Source: Azolla caroliniana
Taxonomy: Eukaryota > Plantae > Polypodiophyta
DNA: 64,000 nucleotides
Assembly: GCA_043228905.1 (NCBI GenBank)
Contig: JBHGNT010000017.1
Location: forward strand, 14,322,001 to 14,386,000
Reading direction: 5' to 3'
The translations under genes and the position numbers were made by a program. Shown piece after piece: positions 1-11,100 of this stretch (position 1 is the first letter of the stretch; every line of letters begins with the position of its first letter). Below the pieces are notes generated by a model. That model was given only the letters and a program-made list of their open reading frames with translations, ran no database searches and was not told the DNA's origin.

Positions 1-931
1 TGTTGTATAAGTTCGGCATGACGGATTGTCGACCTGTCTCCACACCCCTGGACCGGAACCAGAAGCTCCGTCCCAACTCCGGACCTGCCTCCAATGAGAA
101 ACAGTTCCAACAGGTTGTCGGAAGCCTGATCTACTTAACCATCACCCGACCCGACATCAGCTATCCGGTCGGCATGGTAAGCCAATTCATGCAGAAGCCG
201 ACCATGGAGCACCTTCAGTGTGCGCAACGAATATTACAGTATGTCAACGGCACTAAGGACCGGGGACTGCTATACCGGCGAGGTATACCCGAAGAGCTCG
301 TCGGTTACACAGATGCTGACTAGGCCGGCGATGCGTCTGATCGCCGCTCCACTTCTGAATACATGTTCTCCATAGGTAGCGCGACCGTTGCGTGGAGCAG
401 CAAGAAGCAGCCCACAGTGGCTTTGTCAAGCACTAAGGCTGAGTACCGGGCCGCTACCATTGCCACTTGTGAAGCCATCTTGCTTCGGCGATTGCTGCGA
501 GACTTGCGGATCGAGGTACGGACCCCGATCCCGATTTACTGCGATAACATGAGCAGCCTGCAGCTCGCCAGGAACCCTTTGTTCCATGCTCGCACAAAGC
601 ACATCGAGGTGCACTACCACTTCGTGCGTGAGCGGGTCCTGAGCGGTGAAGTTGACCTACGGTATGTTCATACGAATCGGCAAGTTGCCAACATCTTCAC
701 CAAGCCGCTCGGATCGGACAAGTTGCAGCACTTTACCAACATGCTTGGTATTCAGCATCTCGACGTGCCGCACTTGAGGGGGAGAAGCAAGGGCAAAGTC
801 TCTACCGAAACGGGCAAAGGCCAAAAACCTGTTGAACCCGTCGGTAAGAGGAGAGCCGGAAGAAGAGGAGACAAGAAGCTGAAGGAAGCCGAGTCGACGA
901 AGGAAGTTGACACATCCGAACAGGTCGGAGC

Positions 932-1445
932 TGTTGGGAGACAGGTCCCTCCGGATGGGAAGGGAGAGGAACAGTGCCGAAGAACAGAGCCGGATGATAC
1001 AGACCCGGTGAGGACCGGATGAGGAGTACCCGGCTACGGAGAGCCAGATGATACAGTCACGGTGAAGATCGGATGAGGAGTACCCGGCTACGGAGAGCCG
1101 GATGATACAGTCCCGGTGAAGACCGGATGAGGAGTACCCGGCTACGGAGAGCCGGATGATACAGGCCCGGTGTGAACCGGATGAGGAGTACCCGGCTACG
1201 GAGAGCCGGATGGTGCAGGCCCGGTGTGAACCGGATGAGGAGTACCCGGCTACGGGGAGCCGGATGGTGCAGAACCAGTGAGAACCGGAGGAAGAGACAT
1301 ATTCGTAAATATGTTTCTGAGAGCCCATCGAGGCTATATTTGTAAATAGCCGAAAAGTCATATTAGTATAAATATGACTTAGGGCAAACTTTTAGTGTGT
1401 TGTTGTCATTTTCTGTTTTGCACGAGATCAGTGTGCGTAACTGTA

Positions 1446-1480
<35 letters not shown>

Positions 1481-1760
1481 CGTTGCCTCTGTTGTAACCG
1501 CCGACTGTGGCGAAGATTTGTGAGCACTAGGTCGGTGCCTCAGTGAACTCACTGTTGTATATTTCTACATAGTGACAGTTTGCAGCCTGTGGGCTACCGT
1601 GGTTTTTCCCCTAGTTTGGGGTTTTCCACATAAACCTCCTGTGTATTCTCTCCTTCTTTGTGTCTCGTTTTATTTCCCGTGTTTTTGTGTATCATTCTAA
1701 GCTCGGTTGTGGCCGAGCGTTGCGCATAAGGAACGTTGGCTTCCCGACAAGTGGTATCAG
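932..1760 (+). mobile_element. Isolated copia LTR (932-1749) with PBS remnant TGGTATCAG (1752-1760)
   Basis: TGTTGGGAG...CCCGACA ends, TATA-like agtataaatat, (GA)n. Same family as LTRs at ~17730-18246, 31444-32049 and 53558-54207 (shared gtccctc(c/t)ggat and tgtaaatag motifs). Confidence 0.85.
987..1290 (+). repeat. 54-bp tandem repeat (~5.6 copies) inside the LTR U3
   Basis: gagcc(g/a)gatg recurs at 987, 1041, 1095, 1149, 1203 and 1257; this produces the 18-aa periodicity in antisense ORF 657..1361. Confidence 0.92.
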
Positions 1761-2795
1761 GGCCAAAAACCTGTTGAACCCGTCGGTAAGAGGAGAGCCG
1801 GAAGAAGAGGAGACAAGAAGCTGAAGGAAGCCGAGTCGACGAAGGAAGTTGACACATCCGAACAGGTCGAAGCAAGCGGCTGTGAAGAAGAGTTGTGCAC
1901 TCAGGAAGAGAAGCGCATGCTGTGCGGAGGTCATCACGATAGTACTGACCATGATATAGAGTCGAATGAAGAATTCGATTTTGGTTCACCGGCTGAAGAA
2001 GCCGAGGGAAGCATGGAGAAGGCCAAGACTCGGAAGTGGTCCGATGTGGTGAGAGGCCTAACGCCGGAAGTCGAATCGGAGTGTACCGATTCGGACAAGA
2101 GCTGGAACGAGTCGGAGACAGCTGACTCGGATGAACAGATGGATCCGGATGAGACGGATCCACTAAAGGCCAAGGGGACACGGACACAGCGGAAGTCGAT
2201 GCCATCATGGGAGAACCGACGGATTGGCAAGCGCCGGAGTCACAGCAACGTGACTGCTGAGATGGGCCGATTGAGTAGACATACCGACCGAGAGGGTCGA
2301 GGCGCGCAGAACCAAAGGGGTCACGGCAAACGGGACCGGACTGGACGAGGAGCGCGAGCAAGGCGGAGTGACACCAGGAGAAGTCGGTTGGAAGAACCGA
2401 CTGCCACAGAGGTCGACACTACGACCCCACCTCAGGTTGAGCTTGAGGGGGAGTGTTGAGCGGCAAGCTCAACCGGAGCCGGATCGGTTGAATAAGCCGG
2501 AGCCGATAAGCGAAACGGATCGAGCGAAACGGATCGGTATGACGGTGAGCAACCGAACCGGCAAGCAGTGGAGGCCGGGTGCAATCCGTAACCGGCAGTC
2601 CAATCGGAAGCCTAGTATAGGATAGACTACTAGGTAGCTATAGTCTCGTAGTAAGTGTCAGATGCTCATGTGAGCATTGAAGTACATGGTACTTCTGTCA
2701 GTCCCAAGAGGACTTGTATAAATAGTGCTACTTAGCACAATGCGTACAGTTAGTGAGTCTTGATATAATTTTGAAATCGTGTTCTGCTCTCTCTG

Positions 2796-2833
<38 letters not shown>

Positions 2834-2872
2834 GTTCTCTGTTTTACGCTTCCGCAAACACTTACGTTTACA

Positions 2873-4735
2873 GGTAGCCGTTTGGGCTGGTCCCCACACA
2901 TCTTAATGTACGACATCCAAGATTCCTTTCCTCACATTCCGCTCTTTGGGGAATGGGTGACAGCGTTGCTTTCCGAACTGATATGCTTCACATACGCCTG
3001 TACTTTCCTTCGCCATAAAGTTCGGGAGTCTGATTACGAATCCTTTCAATTGCATGTTTTGGAGCTTTTGGAGATTGATGTGCCCAATTCTCTTGTGCCA
3101 CAATTTCAAGTCCATTTCGACTTTCTGGCCCTTTGCGTAAATGGCCAACTTCACCTCGCTCGACTCGAGGATGAACATACGGCCTTCATGATGGCCGTGG
3201 GCTACAATTCGTCATTGTTGAATCGTACTTGCATTCCCTATTCGACAATCTGACCTACAGAGATCAGGTTCTTCGTGATTGTTGAGACATGCAAGACGTT
3301 CTTGAGGTAAGTTTGGTCCTCCTCATTTCTGAATGGGACATTCCCGATATGTTGTATTGAATGAGTCGTGTCATCGCCAGTCTCAACATATCCGGGTTGA
3401 TTGGGTTTACGTAGTTCCCAAAACCAATCTTCATGAGACATCATATGGCTGGACGCTAGTTGATTGGGTTTACATTGTTTGAGGCGGAGGCGCTAGTTGA
3501 AGCTTGTGCGGACATTGAGTGTGCTATATGCCTCATTACGAACAGTCTGGCATGATCGTTGTAGTCAGAATTTGTTGCGTAGTTCGTGAGTTGTCGGCCT
3601 GCCTCACGTTTCTTCTTCCGGCACTCTTCTTCGTAGTGGTCGCCACAGTACCCGCACTCGACTGGGTTTCGGCGATTGCTCGGTCCGGCGTTATGACTCC
3701 CCCTTCCGCTAAGCTCTCTAGGCCTGTTCCTGTCCGCTTGCCATTGGTGGGAGTTACGCCCTTGATTCTGCCGATCATTAAGGCCTTGTCTGAAACAACC
3801 TCTGTTTCCACGACCGAAATCTCTTCTATTATCCGACTGGGAATAGAGCAAATGACCATCTATTGCGTTGCTCCTTTGTCGAGCGTGATTCTCTTCGACC
3901 AGCAATATCGATTGAAGGTCGAAGAAGGAGGGAGGGTTCTCCCTTGCAAGAATGGCTAATCTAATCGTGCTGAAACGCGGTGCTAAGCCTCTGAGGCATA
4001 TCTGCACCAATTCGTCATCATCAACGACGATGTTGATCGATCCGAGGGCGTCACATAGCTCCTTGATCTTCAAGGTATAACTTGAGATTGACATGTCCCT
4101 CTGTTGGATGCTATTCAGCTCCTGACGAAGCTAGAGCTTGCATGCAGCCATGTTGGCTACGAAAATCTTTTTCAGATTTTCCCACGTCCGCTTCGGCTTT
4201 TTTGCCTCTCGAATGTAGCCAAGCATATGATCATGAACGCATCATGCAAGGCAATACAACACACGGCTTGCGTCCTGCTCCCAAGCGGGATAGTTGGTGT
4301 GTGCTGGGTTGGGTTGTGATTTGTGAGCTCCTTCAATGTACCTCCAGTAGCCTTGTCTGACAAGGTATTGATGCATCTTGTATTCCCAAGATGCAAAGTT
4401 CGTTCTGTCGAGCTTCTCCATAGGAAGAGCGCTTCTCATCTGAGTGTTCATGGTAATTTCTTCTTCTGTTGATTAGTCGGTTCTGTTGATCGTCGGCGTG
4501 CAGCACAACACAATCGAATAGGTGTGATCAGACAACCATATGCTCTGATACCATGTTAAGAAATGGAGTCTATGGTGATTGCAATGCAGCGGAAGATGAG
4601 AGACTATGTGTAGCAACAGAGAGAGAGAGAGAGAGAGTGAAAGCTCAAAGACAGAGATAATCAAACTGTATATTACATAAGACTTCCAACAGTAGCTAAG
4701 TTACAATAAGTTGGTTTATATACCAACTAAACTAG
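2873..4735 (-). mobile_element. Truncated Ty1/copia (partial 5' LTR from 4554, PBS, gag, protease, GAG-pre-integrase, start of integrase)
   Basis: PBS reverse complement gctctgatacca at 4542-4553. ORFs 4242..4451 (EKLDRTNFASWEYKMHQYL), 3456..4094 (gag, degenerate zinc knuckle), 3238..3444, 2903..3178 (LWHKRIGH). Multiple stops and frameshifts. Confidence 0.88.
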
Positions 4736-4739
4736 GGCA

Positions 4740-5885
4740 AGCGCTGGTATGTCCATGGGCTAGTGTGAAGCTATTCCTATGGGAAGTTGTGTTCGATTCT
4801 CAACACCCGCCATATACTCTGTAGACCTGCCTTCACCTCTAAACTCTTCACGATCTTTGTGGGGATTTTCACATTGAGACTCCCCTCGCTACCGCAGGGT
4901 GGGTTAAGGTCTAGTCTCATCGGATGGTGATCAGAGAAGGTAAGACCTGCCAAGATAGCGGAGGAGCCCCCCAGCTGTTCACTGGACGAGTTGATGTATA
5001 TGCAGTCTAGTCGTGCAAGACTACCACCCCTAGCATTCGCAACAGCTCGGGAGAAGTGTAGCAAATGTGAGCATCTCCTAAGGGAAGAGCCCCATGTATC
5101 CTTCACTCCAATTTTTCCAATTAGGAAAGCCCATGAATCCAACTTCGCACCATGAAGCAGTCTTTGGGTCCCCCCTTTCCTATCTCCGAGGTGCTCCGTC
5201 ATGTTGAAATCACCGGCCATTACCCACGCCTCTGCATCAGGCAATGTAGTCGCTAACATCCTCTAGAAGATTGCTCTCTCAGGGGAAGAGTTAAGGGCAT
5301 AAATGTTGAGCACCCCAATCTGAAGGCGACTCCATTTCAGAAGCAGATATAAGGCTCTACCTGCCACCAACATCCCATGTGATGTTACTTCGTATCGGTC
5401 CTTATCACTGATCGAGATGCAGACCCCTCTTCGGTGGAGGTCACCTTGTGCAGCCGACCACAATGTGGTACACGCACCCGACAAGGGGTTTACTAGGCTT
5501 TGAGCTCTCTCTTAAGAAAGGTGGTGTTCCTGCAAAACCAATATGTCAATGTTGCCCCCAATATTAAGGGGATTCAACTCCTCCCGAAGTCTTTTGCACT
5601 CGTGATGTTGTCGACCTCTGCCAAGGCCCTATACATTCCACATTAGGATCCTCATCTGAAGGCGATGAGGTTGACGCCCATGTCGGGGCCAACCCCCATT
5701 TCATGGGAAAAACAATCATGTACTTCTAGGTGAAGGGACTCCACAGTAGACTACAGAGCCCCTAAGGGGTTCTTAGTCTATCGTTCCCGACCCGCTTCAA
5801 ATAGTTCCCGTGATACATTTTAGCTCCTAAGCGGTTGCACATCCGGCACCCCTTTGTCCCAGAGTGATGTCGCAAACTAGGTGAT
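4740..5885 (-). mobile_element. LINE (L1-like) fragment: degenerate ORF2 endonuclease domain
   Basis: Reverse frame from ATG 5655 reads MRILMWNV*GLG...DILVLQEHH; ORFs 5263..5484 (NIYA) and 4777..5259 (AGDFN, RLDCIY, SDHHP) carry EEP endonuclease motifs. Boundaries approximate. Confidence 0.85.
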
Positions 5886-6054
5886 GGGCTATCTATATCA
5901 CCGTTTTATATTTCTTTCAAATGGTGATATATAATTTTGTGATAATAGTTTCGATAGACCAAGAAGTGATATTATATATCTTTGACGACATTATTCATCG
6001 ACCCACCAATCACATTATATGCATGTGGCAATGTGAAGCATACACAAATTTAAT

Positions 6055-6140
6055 TCATACCTATCGGATTCAACCCAACGACCTAAGGATGTCTATATGT
6101 ACACTACAATCCTCTGCTCTACCATCTGAGCTAAGGTTGG
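6055..6140 (-). pseudogene. tRNA-Tyr(GUA) copy 1 with 13-nt intron, degenerate
   Basis: Reverse complement ccaaccttagctcagatggtagagcagaggattgtag[tgtacatatagac]atccttaggtcgttgggttgaatccgataggtatga matches plant cytosolic tRNA-Tyr; T-loop and acceptor stem damaged. Confidence 0.85.
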
Positions 6141-6692
6141 ACTATGAATTTAAATTTAATTGATCATTTAATATTATAATATTCTAATGTTTCCTTGTCT
6201 ATGCATGTATGAACCTGTTCACTTTATATCACCGTTTTGTTTTTCTTTGAAATGGTGATTTATAATCTCGTGATAACATTTTCCATAGACCAAGACGTGA
6301 AATTATATCCAAAACGTAGAAATAGAAGTAGCATAGTGCCGAAAGTTTCTAATAATAGACCAACTAATCATCAGATATACAATCTTAGAATACGAAGTGA
6401 TGTCCTATTTATACCGAAAGTAATGAAGAAAGGAAAAACCAACAACTTGTGAAACTCAAACCCTCGACATAAGGATGTGGATACATGTATTGTAATTTGC
6501 TCATCGACCCAAGAGTGTGTATACATACATTGTTATTTGTTCGTCGACCCACATAGGTATATAAAGAGTTCGAAATGTTTCTGTGCATGTATGTTCAAAT
6601 CAAACTAATTTATATATCTTTGACGACATTGTTCATTGACCCACCAATCACATTATATGCATGTGGAATTGTGAACCATACACAAATTTAAT

Positions 6693-6778
6693 TCCGACGT
6701 ATCGGATTCGAACCAACGACCTAAGGATATCTATACATAAACTACAATCCTCCGCTCTACCAACTAAGGTAAGGTTGG
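6693..6778 (-). pseudogene. tRNA-Tyr(GUA) copy 2 with intron, degenerate
   Basis: B-box GGTTCGAATCC intact; D-stem 5' strand cctt instead of gctc. Confidence 0.85.
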
Positions 6779-7289
6779 ACTATAAATTTAGATTTATTAA
6801 CTATTTAGTATTATAATTTTCTATTGTTTCCTTGTTTATACACCAATGAGTTTTTTGACTTCATATCACCCTTCTTTTTTTCTTTCAAATGGTGATTTAT
6901 AATCTTGTGATAATATTTTCCATAGACCAAGATGTGATATTATATCCAGAACATAGAAATACAAGTAGCATAGTGCCAAAAGTTTCTAATAATAGACCAA
7001 CTAAGCATCATATATGCAAACTTAGAATTCAAAGTGATGTTCTATTTATACCTAAAGTAATGAAATAAGGATAAACCAAAGACTTGTGAAACTTAAACCC
7101 TCGACATAAGGGTGTGTATACATGCATTGTAATTTGTTCGTCGACCCACATAGGTATGTAAAGAGTTTGAAATGTTTTTGTGCATGTATGTTCAAATCAA
7201 ACTGATTTATATATCTTTGCCAACATTGTTCATCGACACACAAATCACATTATATGGATATGGCAATGTGAAGCATACAGAAATTTAAC

Positions 7290-7374
7290 TCTAACCTGTC
7301 GGACTCGAACCAATGACTAAGGATGTCTATACGTACACTACAGTCCTCCGTTCTACCAACTAACCTAAGGTCAG
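7290..7374 (-). pseudogene. tRNA-Tyr(GUA) copy 3 with intron, degenerate
   Basis: gaggaCTGTAG-intron-atcctt intact; 1-nt deletion in the variable loop; D- and T-stem mismatches. Confidence 0.85.
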
Positions 7375-7926
7375 ACTATGAATTTAAATTTAATTGAATA
7401 TTTAATATTATAATATTCTACTGCTTCCTTGGGTATGCACTTATGAACTTGTTCACTTTATATCACCGTTTTGTTTTTCTTTCAAATGGTGATTGATAAT
7501 CTCGTGATAACATTTTCCATAGACCAAGAAGTGAAATTATATCCAAAACATTGAAATACAAGTAGCATAGTGCCAAAAGTTTCTAATAATAAACAAACTA
7601 ATCATCATATATAGAAACTTAGAATTCGAAGCGATGTTTTATTTATACCTAAAGTAATGAGATAAGGATAACCCAAAGACTTCTGAAACTCAAACCCTTG
7701 ACATAAGGGTGTGTATACATGCATTGTAATTTGTTCGTCGACCGAAGCGTGTGTATACATACATTGTTATTTGTTCGTCGACCCACATAGGTATGTAAAG
7801 AGTTTGAAATGTTTTTGTGCATGTATGTTCAAATCAAACTGATTTATATATCTTTGCCGACATTGTTCATCGACACAGAAATCACACTATATGCATGTGG
7901 CAATGTCAAGCATACACAAATTTAAG

Positions 7927-8012
7927 TCTGACCTGTCGAACTCAAACCAACAACCTAAGGATGTCTATACGTACACTACAGTCCTCCGTTCTACCAACTA
8001 ACCTAAGGTCAG
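7927..8012 (-). pseudogene. tRNA-Tyr(GUA) copy 4 with intron, degenerate
   Basis: Anticodon arm intact; B-box mutated (tttgagt). Confidence 0.85.
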
Positions 8013-8198
8013 ACTATGAATTTAGATTTAATTGAATATTTAATATTATAATATTCTACTGTTTCCTTGGGTATGCACCTATGAACTTGTTCACTTTATA
8101 TTACCGTTTGTTTTTCTTTCAAATGGTGATTGATAATCTCGTGATAACATTTTCCATCAACCAAGAGGTGATATTATATCCAGAACATAGAAATACAG

Positions 8199-11100
8199 TG
8201 TTGAGAGACAAGCTCAACATCAGCCGGATCGGCTAAAGAAGCCGAGGACCGGATCGGTTGGGACCGATCTGTTAGGCTAAATGCGTAAACCGGTGCGCAG
8301 ACCGGTGCGTAGGTAGGGCCGGATCGGTGCGGAAACCGAGAGGCCGTTAGGAAAGATATTCCGTGAGGAATATATTTGGGAGTTAGTGTAGGAGCTCTCA
8401 ATGAGCATTGAAGTACTGTCAGTACTTCGGTCAGTCCTTCTAGGACTTGTATAAAAGTGTTCACTGAGCACGTCTTATGTACATATTGAGCATTATTGTT
8501 GAACATAGTTTTTTTGTGTGTTTTCACTCTCTCTGTCTCTTCCGCGTATACTGTGTAAGCTCAAGCTTTCCATTAAACCTGAGTTTTCTTCCTTCTGTTC
8601 GGTCTTCATACTTGCTTCCGCACGCTACTTTTTACATGGTATCAGAGCGCGAGGGTTGAGAACCTCTCTTCAGCCGAACCTCTCTCCAGCCGATCCAGCT
8701 TGACGAAGAAGAACAAGAAGAACGATGGATAGAGGCATGGCGAGCTCGCTTCCAACAGAGAAGCTCGACAGAACCAACTACGCATCTTGGTCCTACAAGA
8801 TGCACCAGTACCTGCTCGAGCACGACTATTGGAGTTATGTCGAAGGAGCTAATGAAGCGGCACCCGAATCGACACACAGAGACTTCCCATCGTGGGAGCA
8901 ATCGGCGAGCAGGTTATTATACTGCTTCGCGTCGTGTGTGGGCGAACAGCTATTGAGCTATGTTCGGGATGCAAAGACGCCGAAGGGTGCGTGGGAAAAT
9001 CTGAAGAAGATTTTCGCCGCGAGCACCACAGCCAGGAAGCTTCAGCTCTGACAGGAGTTGAGCAACCTATGACAACGCGACTTGTCGGTGGCGGACTATA
9101 CCTCGAAGATCAAGGATATCTGCGACTCCCTCGCCTCCATAGACGTGAACATCGAGGAGAGCGAGATGGTCCAGGTTTGTCTCGGAGGTTTGGCGTCAAA
9201 GTTCGGAGCGTTCCGAACGGCCGTGTGTACCCGGGAGAATACGCCGTCCTTTTTCGACTTACAGTCAATGCTCCTGGTAGAGGAGAACCACGCGGGTGCG
9301 TCTACAAGCACGCACACCGACAGCAGAATGTTGTACACGGAGGGCGATAGGCCCCGTGGATGTGGAGGACGAGGCGAGTCGGTGCGCAATGGAGGCGGCC
9401 GATGAGATCAAGGAAGAAGGCACCGAAGTGATGCCGACAACAACTCCGGACCCTCCGGAAACAGGGGGAGTCGAAGCAATCAGAACCGGCAAGGGAAGGC
9501 CATCGCGGAGTGCCAGTACTGTGGCAAGAAAGGCCACAGGGAAAGTGAGTGCTGGAAGAAGCGCGCCGAGTCGGAGAGAACCGGCTCCGGACATACCGAC
9601 AAGGGAAATCGGCAGCGATCGCACTACTACCGAAGACTCCGGGAGAGCCGGAGAAGGGTTTGCCTTCGTGACGAGACACGAAGCAAACTCAATGAAACAG
9701 AGCACCTCGAGATCAGACGAGGTGTGGTACGTAGACTCCGGCGCGTCAAACCACATGACGAGCCATAAGGAGTGGTTCTCGTAACCGATACAACCTGGAG
9801 TAGTCGCAACTGGAGATGACATTCCGCATCCGATCGCAAATGTCGGAGAAGTTCCCCTTAGCCATGTCAGGCAGAAAGGGAAACTCATGAACGTGTTGCA
9901 CGTTCCGACAATTACGAAGAACTTGGCCTCGGTCGGACAGATCGTTGACCAAGGGATGGAGGTTCGGTTTACACACCTCGGATGCTTCATTGAGGAAGAA
10001 GGCCGTGTGATTGCGCAAGGGCGCAAAGACGGGAGGATGTTCATCCTCGACTCCACTGACGGCGGCACCGCAATGTTCGCGAAGGGACAAAAATCCGAGT
10101 CGGACATCGACTTGTGGCACAAGCGGATAGGCCACGTCAACTACCAGCAGCTTCAAGATCTGCAATCGAAACAGGTAGTGTTCGGACTGCCCAAATTTAG
10201 TGGCCGAAAGGCACAAATTTGTGAAGCCTGCCAGCTCGGGAAGCAACACCGACTTCCTTTCCCCAACGAGCGAAACCGGAGCCGGAACAAGCTCGACCTT
10301 ATACACTCCGATGTATGGGAGCCAGCACAAAATGTTAGTCTTGGCGGGAGCCGATATTTCGTCTCCTTCATCGACAACCACACGCGGCACACATGGATTT
10401 ACCTCATTGAGAGGAAGAGCGAAGTCTTCGACTCTTTTCAGGACCTCAAAGGGTTCGTGGAAACGGAAATAGGACGAAAGATCAAGTGCTTGCGGTCGGA
10501 TGGCGGGAAAGAGGATTTCTCCGGTCAATTCAACGGTTATCTACAACAAATAGGAATTCGGCGCAAATTCAGTTGTAGATACACACCTGAGCAGAACGGC
10601 GTGGCCGAGAGGAAGAATCGGTCAGTTATGGAAGCGGCACGGGCAATGCTGGAGGAGAAGAGCTTGCCCAAGTTCTACTGGGCCGAGGCGGTAAGGACCG
10701 CGGTATACATCCAGAACCGGATCGGAGACAAAGTGTCGGCGCACGAGCTATATTTCGGAATGAAGCCGAACTTGCGACACTTGAGGGTGTTCGGTAGCAT
10801 TGCGTATGTGCATGTACCGAAGGAAAAAAGGAGGAAGCTGGACCCAAAGGCCGAGAAATGCATCTTGGTTGGTTACTAGGACGAGCAGAAGGGCTATAAG
10901 TGCTATAACCCTCGCACCAAACAAGCGCGTGTTAGCCGTGACGTTGTGTTTGACGAGTCCGCATCCTGGTGCCAACCCCCGACTCCGCACCCCGACTCCA
11001 ATCCGAGCTCTGACGATGAGGTCAGTGAGGCCGAGATGCCTCCGGATGAGCCCGAAATCGAGACCCGCGAAGAGAGTCCGATTTCACTCCGTTTAAGTGG

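Larger units (their letters stand above)
3..2872 (+). mobile_element. 3' part of Ty1/copia LTR retrotransposon (RT C-terminus, RNase H, charged C-terminal tail, PPT, 3' LTR 2454-2872), interrupted by the LTR at 932-1749
   Basis: ORFs 3..323 (VGSLIYLTITRPDISYPV, GYTDAD) and 363..1022 (WSSKKQPTVALSS, ARTKHIEVHYHFVRE). PPT gagggggag precedes TGTTGAG at 2454; LTR ends TTTACA at 2872. LTR start resembles the 8199 family. Confidence 0.92.

Noticed and set aside
987-1290. CRISPR-like regular repeats, and the 234-aa repeat ORF 657..1361
   Set aside because: Head-to-tail units with no unique spacers, inside a eukaryotic LTR; the ORF is an antisense by-product.
5921-8035. Short similar ORFs (5921, 7817, also 14285) as a peptide gene family
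   Set aside because: They are antisense readings of the tRNA-Tyr repeat, with inconsistent starts and stops.
9265-10528. Long antisense ORFs over copia gag-pol (also 12740-13568, 22299-22823, 60434-61126)
   Set aside because: Expected shadow frames of GC-rich coding sequence; no independent motifs.
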